A DNA stretch of 47,817 nucleotides, the filler included, from Stramenopiles sp. TOSAG23-2 (lineage: Eukaryota), in NCBI GenBank assembly GCA_900128395.1. It is 2 parts of 2 records of this genome, joined end to end, with 100 filler letters (N's around TTAATTAATTAA, not from the genome) between each part and the next. Parts side by side here need not be neighbours in the genome. Positions count along the whole stretch, not along the records: positions 23,983 to 47,817 come from LT649479.1; 1 more part is not named here. The stretch is one strand, 5' to 3'. Below, piece by piece: positions 32,601 through 43,516 of the stretch. The notes under the pieces are model-generated. The model searched no databases. It worked only from the letters and a program-made list of their open reading frames with translations, and had not been told where the DNA came from. A program made the translations under genes and the position numbers. How positions within the stretch are numbered: the first letter of the stretch is position 1; every line of letters starts with the position of its first letter.

Positions 32601-35568
32601 ATGACGAAGAAAATATAGACACGTTTGAAGAGGAAGCTGAAAATGTTGCTGGTGAAAAGAAGACAGCCATTGAAGATGAAGAATTCGTAGATTGTCTTCT
32701 TACAGCTGGTTGTGATAAATTATCAAAAGCTCAGCAAGCTTTAGTGTGTAATAAATTCAGAACGAAAGGTAAAGATAGTATGGTTGATTTCGTTGCATTT
32801 CTCGATTATTGCGAGGAGGTTGCGAACTTGGTTGCGGACGAAGACGATAAAAAAAAGAAAGAGGTGGTGAAATCTAAGTCAGCTACTGATAAAGACAAGA
32901 AAAAAGATGAAGCTACTACAAAGTCGACTAGTAAGAAACCTGAGAAGAAGAAAGATGATGATAAAAAGAAGGTAAAAGAAACCAGTGGAACTAAAATTTT
33001 GAAACATTCAAAAGATCAAAAATTTATGATTGGGGATATGGTATGGGTAAGTTTTGAGGACGATGATTATGAACAAGTTAAAATTACATCATACGATAGC
33101 AAGAAAAAGCAATATGAAGGTGAATTTCAAGATGGTAGTGGAGATAAAGATACATTTGATGAAGCTGAACTTTCAGCGGAAAATCCAAAAGAGAAAAAGA
33201 AGGCAGGTAAAGATGTAACGGCGAAGAAAAAAGATGATAAGAAATCTGCAAAAGGAAAGGACAAGAAAGATGATAAAAAGAAAAAGAAAGTAACTATTAA
33301 AGAGGAACAAGATGATGAGTCATCATCAGAGGAAGAAGAAGATATGATGATGATGATGACGATGAGGAAAATTTATTGCCGGTAGATGAATGGTACAAAA
33401 AAATACAAGAAAAAGCATTTGACCAAGCATTTAAAGAAATTGATACGGATGGAAGTGGTGCAATTGATGCAAGTGAATTAGGTAGTGCATTAAGAGCAAT
33501 GGGGCAATCTCCTACCGATGAGGAAGTTCAAAGTTTATTGAGTGAATTTGACCATAGCAATACTGGTCAAATCGATAAAAATGGTTTCCGCAAGTTAATG
33601 AAACGTCGCTTAGGTCATAAACGCCGTAAAGAGCAACATGCGAAGTCGAAAGCAACTTTAGACCAAGTGCAGGTGTTGTTTGAAGAAATAGATGTCGATA
33701 ACTCCGGTTCATTAGATAGTAAAGAGTTTGAAATATTAGTTAAAAAGCGCATGCGGATACAATTAACAGCAAAAGAATTCGCATCATTATTTGAAGCTAT
33801 CGATTTAGATAATAGTGGTACGGTTGAATTTGATGAATTTAGTAAATTGTGGGAAGCTGTTGAAGAACATCAAAGTGGTTCTCGTAGTAAACGTCGTGTT
33901 ATGAGTGCATTGGCGGAGAGAGCTGTGCAAAAAATTGCGAAGGGCCCTATTGAAGATCCAAGAAAATATTTGCGTGCATATGCTGGCATGCCTTCTAACT
34001 TCCGTCCATCTGTGCTATCTAAATTAGATAACGATCCGTTGCATTCCATAGGGCATATGTTGAGTGGTGCAGCAGATGAATTGATGTCGCATCAAGTATT
34101 GAAGGCGCATCATAATGGCAAACGAATTAAGTTTGAAGAATTACGCGAACTAGATGATTTATCTTCAATTAAAGCATATGTGAAGTTAAACGATGCGACT
34201 GGTGTACCAATTCCAGATGAAGAAAATCGAAAACATATTGAAAATCGTTGGATACGAGTTTGCCTGATGCGTGGGAATCCAAATGAAGATCAAGAGTCTA
34301 GTACCTCTCGACGTAAATTTGTTGGCAACCAACATATTGCATTGGCAAATTTAAAAGAGGAAGATGTATGGGATTTCACTAAAAAAGGAACTGGGCTTTC
34401 GAACAAGCGCATGGTGATTAAATCAAATGCAAGTGACGCTAAAGATTTATATTTGATCTTTGAATTGACATGTACTGTTCGTAAAAACGGCAATTCAGGT
34501 GCAAAATCAACATTTGAAATGGGTGTAGCGTGGGGAGCCATTAAATTAGAGGATGCTAATGTGCATAGTAAGAAAACCTTTAGATTGACTATGAAAGGTG
34601 GTACGATTGATGAAGACACTGAAATCAAACCAGATGAAATTTTACAAAATCGCACGTTTGTTAAAGGTTTATTTCATCGAAAGAAAACTGCGTGCCAATT
34701 AGAATTAGTTTTCCAACCAATTTCATCTAGTAGTAAAGGCATTTCTGTTCAAGACATACGTAGTATTAGATTATTGCCTCCGACAATCATATGTTCCTTG
34801 GAATGCGTGAAACTATTACACATGTATCGGTACATTATGAGCCATGGATATAGTAATGCATTAAGTACAAATAGTGGCGGTAGGAAGAAAAAGAAGAAAG
34901 GGAAAAAAGGACGTAGAGATTATGATAGCGATGAGGATAGTGATGATGATAGTGATGATGACGATCGTAGGCGCAGACGTGGTGGCAGTTCAGATTTTCG
35001 CAAAGATGCGTCAACTCCAAATTTTGGTATACACTTGCCAGAATTAAAAATCTTTCCACAAATTTTAAAAGAACCAACGCTTCTTCTTCAATTATTAAAT
35101 TTTCCAGAAATCAAAGTTATGCAAAAAACCATGCAAAAAGATCCACTAAAAGCTTGTAAAGATTTTCGTAAATGCATTTTGCAATTATGGCCTCAAGTAA
35201 CCGTACACGGTGCATCATATTCGCATGAGCATGGTGGTCTTGAAAATGCAGAAAGACGCCGATTACGTCCAACGAAAACGGCGAAAAACATGTTAGGAAA
35301 TGTTCAAAGGGCGAATTTAGATATGCCATTCATGTCAAATTTAGAAAATGACGGTGGTGCTGGTTGGAATAAACCATTCCATATTAATGAAGTAACAATG
35401 CAAGCACCGGATACTGCATGTGCTTTCAGTGCATTGGAAAATATGATCCTTGCATCTGTTACTGGGAAAGCAAAGAAAGCACGGAAAGTTAAACGTGGTG
35501 GTGATTCACCAGATCGTAGAAAGAAAAAAAAGAAAAATAGATGGGACGATGATGATGATGATTTTTAA
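29630..35568 (+). CDS. Giant multi-EF-hand protein with a Tudor-like barrel and a C-terminal nephrocystin-1 (NPHP1)-like domain; single frameshift at ~33343
   Basis: More than 10 EF-hand loops (DEDGNGKITYAE, DTDQNGKLSVDE, DTDGSGAIDASE...). C-terminal FRPSVLS, VPIP, RWIRVCL, LIFEL, EMGVAWG, MKGGT, LLPPTII and PFHINE parallel the NPHP1 C-terminus. One base is missing in a GAT run (GAT ATG ATG), and restoring it links the two ORFs. Confidence 0.8.
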
Positions 35569-35752
35569 AAAAAAAAAGAGAGAGAATATAAACTTTATAT
35601 ATATATATACAAGTACTTGTAATATTAATATAATAAAATTAAATGACACACAACATATCACTTCAAAATATATAATATATCTTGAGATACTTTTTATACA
35701 TTCTTGCATAATTTTCCTAAAAAAAAATAAAAACTGATTTACACCACTCATA

Positions 35753-36517
35753 TCATAGCTTTTGTTTCTTTTTTACCCTCTTCTTCCTGTTCTTTCTATT
35801 CTTTCTCTTTTTTTTTCCAGGTCCATCAGATATTGGCACTGTGTTTATTTCCTGTACAAATCTTTGTAATAACAAATATTTCAGCAATACATGTTGTTGA
35901 AAATCAATCCTAGAAATATTATGTTTCAAGTAAATGTGCTGAAGTAATGATTTAATATGTTCAAACGGTAAACACTCATTACAATAATTGCATTTATACT
36001 TTCGTTCTGGTTTTATTCCATTACAAATTTTTTCATGCATATTCCTTTTACATTTTGCAGGGAATAATTCACCACATTCACCTTTCCTGCATACATAAAA
36101 TTTGCAAGCAGGATCCTCAATTCCATGAACTTTTTTTTTATGAAATAGCATGTTTGCTTCTGGCACATCCATACGGTAATTGTTTCTAAATATTTTCGTA
36201 CAATTACTACATTTTACTGTATATTTATATTTTTCTTCTTCTTGTTTTTCAATTATTTTATGTACATTCTTTTTATGCGTGATTAAGTCACACTTGGAAA
36301 GAAATACACGATTAGTACACAATTCCTCATTACATAGATGATATGTGATACTATTGTCTATAATACCATGTTGTTTTCTTTTATGAACATGCATCAGATA
36401 TTCCACTGTTTTCTTACCCTGATGATGTTTTACAACATTGCACCCTGTTTGATCACACATGAGACTATATCCATTCTCAGGGCGTTCCCCCCTGCCTTTA
36501 TTAATATATCTTGGCAT
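35753..36517 (-). CDS. Tandem C2H2-type zinc-finger protein with a basic C-terminal NLS
   Basis: About five C-x2-4-C...H-x3-4-H/C units (e.g. CNEELC...HKKNVH, CNYC...HIYLKH); ATG at 36517. Confidence 0.75.
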   Translation of the reverse strand: MPRYINKGRGERPENGYSLMCDQTGCNVVKHHQGKKTVEYLMHVHKRKQHGIIDNSITYHLCNEELCTNRVFLSKCDLITHKKNVHKIIEKQEEEKYKYTVKCSNCTKIFRNNYRMDVPEANMLFHKKKVHGIEDPACKFYVCRKGECGELFPAKCKRNMHEKICNGIKPERKYKCNYCNECLPFEHIKSLLQHIYLKHNISRIDFQQHVLLKYLLLQRFVQEINTVPISDGPGKKKRKNRKNRKKRVKKKQKL

Positions 36518-37295
36518 TTTACTAATATATAGATATATATAAATATTATAAGATATGATATTCAACAATACAAAAGGATAGAAGGCAACAGAAGATAATA
36601 TATCACATTACAATTGTTTTTATTTCTTTAGTATATGATTTACTTTTACTCTCTCCACTATATTAATAATATAATTGTTTTTAGTTCTTTTTTTTTATTT
36701 AATAAAAAAATGATGTGCAAAAAAATTAATTTGTTGTTCCTTTATTATTTTTTTATACCAGGTATATAGAGCTGGAGAGCTAGATCTATTATATTAATAC
36801 CTGTACTGTATACCAGAGCTATTATTAATACTGTACAGGGAATGAGTAATGAGCCAGGATAACATTGACATAGCATTACTATAATATATTATATTAATCC
36901 ATGTGGAATACGAGTAGACGACTATTGACACTATGGGAGGCGTACTGTCTGTAGACTTTTCATTAATAGACGACAACTATCAACAACTTATATTTTTTTT
37001 TCGTTTTGTGATTTTCTGTCCAATGCACCACCATGTGCCAATGCAATTTTTTTAAATGAATTAGAATGGCATAAACGGCTACTAATAATTTTATTTACAT
37101 TAATAATACATCGGTATGCATATATTTATACCAATATTTGATTAGTACATGTAAATATATACATACATCATATATATATATCTTCTTTCTTAATAAAGTT
37201 TTTGAATTTGTGTTTCTTTTTTGTCCAAATATATATATATATATATACATATAGTAGATAACAATATTTTTTTCGTCTTCTAAAATATTATCATC

Positions 37296-40200
37296 ATGGA
37301 GGAACAAAACGGGGGAAATGCTATTACGGAAGAGGGAAAGCAGCAACAGAAAGAAAAAGCAATTAAACGTCGATTAAAGCATCTATATGCTTCTACAACG
37401 TCAGGAATAACAAACACGGCGCCGGAATTGATACCTACTGGTTATGATCAAGATTGTTCATTATTACGTACGTCATGGGCTTATGACCATATACGTTGGA
37501 TGGTACAGAAAGATGCATTAGGCCAAGACATGTTTTTAATAGGTACCCATAGTCCATTACGACGTTGGTTAGCATTTCGTTTTTGTGAAGTTACAAATAG
37601 AGAATGTGAATTTGTAGCTTTGACCTCTGATACAAGTGAAGCAGATCTGAAGGCTAGAAGAGAGTTAAGGCATAAGTCGGACAGTGCAAATTCAACCATC
37701 TCAGTTGTATGGTTTGATCAAGCAGTTGTACGTGCAGCTACGCTGGGCCGTGTTTTAATATTGGAAGGTTTAGAAAAAGCTGAAAGAAATGTCTTGCCGG
37801 TATTAAATAATTTATTGGAAAATAGGGAAATGCAATTGGAAGATGGGCGATTTTTAGTCGCGCCAAAACGTTATGATGAGCTGATTAATAAACAAGGTAG
37901 AACCGGTTTGGAAGATTTAGCATTGGTGCGCGTACATGAAAAATTTCGCGTCATAGCTGTTGGAGTGCCAAGTCCACCATTTCCAGGTAACCCATTGGAT
38001 CCACCTTTACGTTCGCGTTTTCAAGCACGTCATATCGAACGTTGTCCAACGGAAGAATTGTTATTATCGTTGCGAACTCGTTATGCACCAACCGTTCCGC
38101 GCAATACGGTTGAGCGATTGTTAGCAACATATGAGGCGGTATGGGCACTTGGTGATTCACAAGCAGATACAGCTGGCGTTGAGGCAAAGGCATTGGCGTT
38201 TAGTTCATTATGCTATCCATGTGAACAATCAATTATTTCGGCATCTAATTTATTGGAAAATTTACCTGGTTTACAAGTTGCCGATGTATTAGAGCGTATA
38301 TTTCCAGCGATGCCAGAATCTGGCTTATTGCAAGGGGAAGCAGCTGTATTAGTTGGACAAGTGTTAGCAACGTTGCGAAATACGAATCGTAGAATTGAAA
38401 CATCCTATGAATTAGTCAATATTGAAAAAGGTGGTAAGGATGTGAATATTGTTGGTCCAAATACTCATACATTTCATTTTTTAAATCATGATGATGGCAA
38501 AAGAAATTCTGTAACTGCAAATGTTGGACATTTTTCTCCTAAAGTTCCTGGGAATATATTGCAAGCACCCATTATTAACCTTGTTACACGCATGGTACAA
38601 TCTACTATATGTGGAAACGACGTTTGTTTAATTGGTGGAAGAGGGGAAGGAAAGACGTTCGTTTCGAAGGAGTTTGCAAGTTGCTTAGGATATGTGCAAG
38701 TTGAAACATTATTTTTGTTTGAAGATATGACTGCTAGGGATTTGTTACAGCGAAGAAGTACAAATAGCCGTGGTGAAAGTATTTGGGAACCGACACCGTT
38801 ATCGACTGCGATGGAATTTGGCCGTTTGTGTATATTAGACGGTTTGCACCGTTTACCTGCAGGTACAATAGCTGCATTAGTTCGTTTAATTCAAGATCGT
38901 GAAGTTTCCTTGTACGATGGTACACGATTTATTTCTACACGCAGATGGGAGTATTTAAAAAGCATCTCATCTGAGGAGGAATTACTGAAACGTAAAGTTA
39001 GGCCAGTACATCCATCGTTCCGTATATTGGGTTTAGCAGCGCCACCAGAAGCACGTGGCAGGCGATGGTTAAGTAATGAAGTTATGCAACTATTTCATTA
39101 TTTTGTGTTGCCGTTGGAACAAAATATGTATTCAATTGTAAAAAATACGGTGCCAAAATGCCCAGATCTAGTTGTTACCAAATTAGTTGATATTCGACGA
39201 CGATTGATGGAAGCTGCATTGGATCCTGGATCACCACTATGGGTGGACACCGGTGATTACACTGGAAGTTCCACAATGGACGATAACATGCAAGATGTAG
39301 ATGATGCAGAAATTGCGAATGAGGAGGATGAAGTAGCAGCTAAAATGGCTGCGGTATCATCTCAAGCTGTTACGCTATCGATGCGACAAATAATTCGTGC
39401 AGCAAGACGCGCTGCGACAGCAAATTTTGAAGAATCGACGGAAGATGAGCGTGCGGAAGATATCGGAAATAGTTTAGAAGCTGCATTAATGACTGAATTT
39501 ATGCCACGTGCAGAACGTGCATCTGTTCGAGAAATTTTACGTTCTGTTGGTTTAGGTGGTGGTTCTAGAAAACTAAGGATTGCTGCTGCAGGATCGATGG
39601 AAATCGTAGAAGCGGATTTCGACGCTGCTGATCCAAAAATTATTATTGGTGATGTGACATGCCCCGTGTACTCACCAAAAGAGCCTGCATTGGTGCCAGA
39701 TACTCTATTCTTTGCTATTCCGCAACAAAAATTAGTTTTGAGGGATATGCTTCGTGATTTAATTGCAATGGAGCATATTTTATTAATGGGAAACCAAGGG
39801 GTTGGAAAAAATAAAATGGCAGATAAGTTGTTGATGTTATTACAGCGAGAACGGGAGTATATCCAGTTACATCGTGATACTACTGTAGGGTCATTAACTT
39901 TAGCACCTAGTTTGCGTGAAGGTATTGTTGTTTTTGATGATTCGCCATTGGTGAAGGCGATGATTAACGGTCGCATTTTACTTATTGATGAATTCGATAA
40001 AGCGCCAACTGAAGTTGTCGTAGTATTGAAAGCGTTGCTTGAAGATGGTGAAATCTTGCTAGCAGACGGCAGGCGTTTCGTTCGTTCCAATTCTAAAATG
40101 CTTGGCACAGGTGATAACATCAAACCGATTGCTGATGGATTTAAAGTTATTGCATTGGCTAATCGACCTGGATTTCCATTTTTAGGTAATGATTTTTTCC

Positions 40201-43200
40201 GTGAGATGGGTGATTGTTTTGCTTGCCATGCCGTGCAAAATCCAGATCAACAATCTGAAATTGTGTTATTGCAATCATATGCACCTGAAGTGCCAGAGGC
40301 CTTGTTAAGGATGTTGACAAGTGCATTTCGTGAATTGCGGGAATCAGTTGATGCAGGTAAATTAATTTATCCATATTCCACGCGTGAATTAACAAATGTA
40401 GTACGGCATTTAGCAAAATACCCTGGCGATACAATTACCACCGTACTTGAAAATGTATTTGCATTTGATGTATATGATCCACAATTACGTGAAGTTTTAT
40501 TCGGTATATTTCAACGCCATGGGATACCATTAGGGCAAGCAGATGGCTCGATGAATACATCCAGTCAAGGTGTAAGTGGTGTTGCTGTTCCAACTCCGTT
40601 GCCTTTGCCAAGTGAATATGGAAGTTTAATTCGACAACCAAATGCGAAGGAAAGTGTAGTAACCTTTGATTGCTCCACGCATAAAGGTAAAATGATTAAA
40701 ACGATGAAATACCGCGATATATCCCCTGAAGAAGCTGAGGATTCTGGTGGAGTGCCAAAAGACATGCTTGATGGTGAAGCTGGAGCTGAGTGGACGAAGC
40801 TTTCATTGACTTCTGCTAGATCCGAGCGTTTTTGTGAAGAAGATCAGTGGTGGAGAATCGGTATGATAACACGTGAAGGTGTTATGATCAAAGGTGTCGA
40901 CCCTTTGCAAGGATCTTGGATGGGAGAGTTATTGGCCATGGAAAGTTGTGAAAATACTTTGTGTGTGTTAACATCTAGAATGGAAATGCATGTGCATGAT
41001 ATGGAACAAGAGCTTGTTAGGGAATTGCCATTGATGTTGTCAAGGGTTATGGATGAACGTTCCGTATATGCAAAAGGTCGTTATATGATACCAATCGATA
41101 CGCTTGGTTGCCTGGTTTTATTTGATCAACGAATGGGTTCATTACTCAAGGTATTTCCAAAAAGTGGTGTTGTGGAATCGTATCAATGTCCACCTCCTGG
41201 CGTTGATCTTAACAGCTGGGAACCTGGTCAAATGAAGCAAACATTAATGGCTGGAGGTATTGGTGAAATGGCTGTCTTGCATGATGTAGATGGCACCTCC
41301 GTTATCATATTTAATGCATCGACACTTAAAATAACACGTTTAAGAGTAAATTTGCCAAAAGGTTTTGTAATTCACAACATTCGTATTTTAGGATCGAGTA
41401 ATATGCTTTTATATTGCCATAGTAGCGAACACGGTGTATCCACTTATTATGAATTGAATATTGCAAATTTATCCTCCCCTATAATAACATCCGTCGATGT
41501 TGTTGTCCACGGAGATGATAAGTCGGTTGATTTTTTTGCTTCGCCGTTATCAATAGCTCAATTTCCCGTTCCTGCTATACCGGAAGATAATGGTGGTCCA
41601 ACTGTTCATATTTCATCAGCGACATCAACATATGCAACTTATGGTCTTGGCATTGAAATCACGGAGAAGAAGAAATCGAAAATTATGGGTTATACCCGTT
41701 CAATGGATCATCGACATGCTGTTGCAGATTTAGTGGGAGATGAAATCAACGATGATAATACTGGTGGTGTACAAGAAGAGGAATTGTACAATGGTGCCAA
41801 TGGTTTACGTAAAAAGGTTCAAGTTCAAAAGAAAGAAGCCAAGAGTCGAGTCCTTTCATGTATACATAACGCGTCAAGATCGAAAATATCTGTTATTTCA
41901 ATCATCTCCAATAATCATCTAGCAGTTGATCATGATGCTGTGCTGATTGAATTAGTAGATATGGGCTCAGGTCAATTGCGTCAAATTGCAGCAACAAAAT
42001 TTCCTGGTTTAGGATTGGATGGTATCGATAGGGAAGGACAAGGTACTGGTGGCAGTTTAGCTGGTCGTGGTTTAAAAGTTACTGTAAACAATCCAAGACC
42101 CCCAGCGAAGGAATTGGGTATGGCATCTGCCGTTGCTTGTTGCGAAACTAGTGATGGTCGCTTAGCATTGTTATTCAGTGATGCGCATGTTCGTTTATTG
42201 GAAGTTCGTCAAGATAAATTAGCTGTACAAGAAGCTTTATTTACTACGTTAACAGGTGATGGTGGTGCATTTGGTGACGATGATGGAATGCGAGGTGCCG
42301 GTATGGATGATATTGATGATTTCGATGATGATTTCGATGACGATTATTCAGATGATGAAGATTGGGACGAAGATGAAGAGTGGGATGAAGATGAAGATTG
42401 GGACGAAGATGAAGATGGTGGTGGTAATGAAAGAGGTGGTAATCGCAGAGGCGGCCGTAAAGGTGGAAGGCAACGAGGCCGTGGAAAAGGTAATGGTCGT
42501 GGAAAGGGGCGTGGGGGTAAAGGCAAAGGTCGTGGTGGAAAAGGTAAAGGAAAAGGTGAGGGAAAAAGACGTGGAGAAAATAGACGAAGACAATTAACGA
42601 AAGAAGCGAGAGAAGGTGCTGCTGATGTTTTAAGAGCAGCTCGAAAGCTAGCTAGCGAGGCAAGCGACAATCAAAGGTTAGAATTAAATATGGATCAAGT
42701 GGATGAAGGTAAATATGATGAATTGTATGCTACTGTAGAAAACGAAGTAAATCAACTTCGAGTTGTTTTACAGTCGGTTGAAGCAAAGGAAAAAGAACGT
42801 ACATGGCTACGCGGGAAGACAACTGGAGAATTGGATGATTCTAGATTGGTTGACCTTGCTATTGGGGAAAAAAATGTGTATAAACGTCGTGGACAAAGAG
42901 AAGAATCGCGCTTGACTCAACGTTTACCAAAACGCATGTCGTTTGTTGTGGATGTTAGTGGTTCCATGGCCTATTTCAACGGCGATCAACGTTTAGATCG
43001 TCTATGCGCCACCGTAGTCATGCTTATGGAAGCATTGGCCGGTCTTGAACATAAATATCAGTACGAAGTGATTGGACATAGTGGTGAAACATTTGAGTTA
43101 CCATTAGTAAATTTTGGGCGACCACCAACAAATCGAGGGGAACGATTAGCAGTTGTGCAAACTATGGTAGAGCATGCTGCTAGTTGTCGCAGTGGGGATA

Positions 43201-43502
43201 ATACATTGGCAGCAGGCGCAAGAGCAGTAAAACATGTGCGTTCTGAGGAAGCTGATGATTTTTTCGTTTTTTTAATCTCCGATGCGAATTTAGATGGTTA
43301 TGGTGTAAGCCCTGAAGTTTTAGCACAAGCATTGACGAATGATCCACAAGTTAATGCATATGCAGTATTTATCGCCGAGCCGCGTGTTGCAGCGGAAATG
43401 CAAGTGCGCATGCCTTCTGGGCGTGCACATGTTGTATTGGAAAACGAAGGGATGCCATTATTGTTTAAAGACATTTTTACAAGAGCAATGTTGAATAGTT
43501 GA
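37296..43502 (+). CDS. VWA8: VWA8-like protein (MoxR-type AAA+ modules plus C-terminal vWA domain)
   Basis: QKDALGQDMFLIG, ILEGLEKAERNVLPVLNNLLENREMQLEDGRFL, Walker A motifs GGRGEGKT and GNQGVGKN, GELDDSRLVD and the MIDAS DVSGSM. Confidence 0.93.
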   Translation: MEEQNGGNAITEEGKQQQKEKAIKRRLKHLYASTTSGITNTAPELIPTGYDQDCSLLRTSWAYDHIRWMVQKDALGQDMFLIGTHSPLRRWLAFRFCEVTNRECEFVALTSDTSEADLKARRELRHKSDSANSTISVVWFDQAVVRAATLGRVLILEGLEKAERNVLPVLNNLLENREMQLEDGRFLVAPKRYDELINKQGRTGLEDLALVRVHEKFRVIAVGVPSPPFPGNPLDPPLRSRFQARHIERCPTEELLLSLRTRYAPTVPRNTVERLLATYEAVWALGDSQADTAGVEAKALAFSSLCYPCEQSIISASNLLENLPGLQVADVLERIFPAMPESGLLQGEAAVLVGQVLATLRNTNRRIETSYELVNIEKGGKDVNIVGPNTHTFHFLNHDDGKRNSVTANVGHFSPKVPGNILQAPIINLVTRMVQSTICGNDVCLIGGRGEGKTFVSKEFASCLGYVQVETLFLFEDMTARDLLQRRSTNSRGESIWEPTPLSTAMEFGRLCILDGLHRLPAGTIAALVRLIQDREVSLYDGTRFISTRRWEYLKSISSEEELLKRKVRPVHPSFRILGLAAPPEARGRRWLSNEVMQLFHYFVLPLEQNMYSIVKNTVPKCPDLVVTKLVDIRRRLMEAALDPGSPLWVDTGDYTGSSTMDDNMQDVDDAEIANEEDEVAAKMAAVSSQAVTLSMRQIIRAARRAATANFEESTEDERAEDIGNSLEAALMTEFMPRAERASVREILRSVGLGGGSRKLRIAAAGSMEIVEADFDAADPKIIIGDVTCPVYSPKEPALVPDTLFFAIPQQKLVLRDMLRDLIAMEHILLMGNQGVGKNKMADKLLMLLQREREYIQLHRDTTVGSLTLAPSLREGIVVFDDSPLVKAMINGRILLIDEFDKAPTEVVVVLKALLEDGEILLADGRRFVRSNSKMLGTGDNIKPIADGFKVIALANRPGFPFLGNDFFREMGDCFACHAVQNPDQQSEIVLLQSYAPEVPEALLRMLTSAFRELRESVDAGKLIYPYSTRELTNVVRHLAKYPGDTITTVLENVFAFDVYDPQLREVLFGIFQRHGIPLGQADGSMNTSSQGVSGVAVPTPLPLPSEYGSLIRQPNAKESVVTFDCSTHKGKMIKTMKYRDISPEEAEDSGGVPKDMLDGEAGAEWTKLSLTSARSERFCEEDQWWRIGMITREGVMIKGVDPLQGSWMGELLAMESCENTLCVLTSRMEMHVHDMEQELVRELPLMLSRVMDERSVYAKGRYMIPIDTLGCLVLFDQRMGSLLKVFPKSGVVESYQCPPPGVDLNSWEPGQMKQTLMAGGIGEMAVLHDVDGTSVIIFNASTLKITRLRVNLPKGFVIHNIRILGSSNMLLYCHSSEHGVSTYYELNIANLSSPIITSVDVVVHGDDKSVDFFASPLSIAQFPVPAIPEDNGGPTVHISSATSTYATYGLGIEITEKKKSKIMGYTRSMDHRHAVADLVGDEINDDNTGGVQEEELYNGANGLRKKVQVQKKEAKSRVLSCIHNASRSKISVISIISNNHLAVDHDAVLIELVDMGSGQLRQIAATKFPGLGLDGIDREGQGTGGSLAGRGLKVTVNNPRPPAKELGMASAVACCETSDGRLALLFSDAHVRLLEVRQDKLAVQEALFTTLTGDGGAFGDDDGMRGAGMDDIDDFDDDFDDDYSDDEDWDEDEEWDEDEDWDEDEDGGGNERGGNRRGGRKGGRQRGRGKGNGRGKGRGGKGKGRGGKGKGKGEGKRRGENRRRQLTKEAREGAADVLRAARKLASEASDNQRLELNMDQVDEGKYDELYATVENEVNQLRVVLQSVEAKEKERTWLRGKTTGELDDSRLVDLAIGEKNVYKRRGQREESRLTQRLPKRMSFVVDVSGSMAYFNGDQRLDRLCATVVMLMEALAGLEHKYQYEVIGHSGETFELPLVNFGRPPTNRGERLAVVQTMVEHAASCRSGDNTLAAGARAVKHVRSEEADDFFVFLISDANLDGYGVSPEVLAQALTNDPQVNAYAVFIAEPRVAAEMQVRMPSGRAHVVLENEGMPLLFKDIFTRAMLNS

Positions 43503-43516
43503 GAGTTTTTTTTCTT

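Noticed and set aside
33340-33390. Programmed frameshift between the two EF-hand ORFs
   Set aside because: No slippery heptamer or downstream structure seen; a single-base loss in a GAT microsatellite is the simpler explanation.
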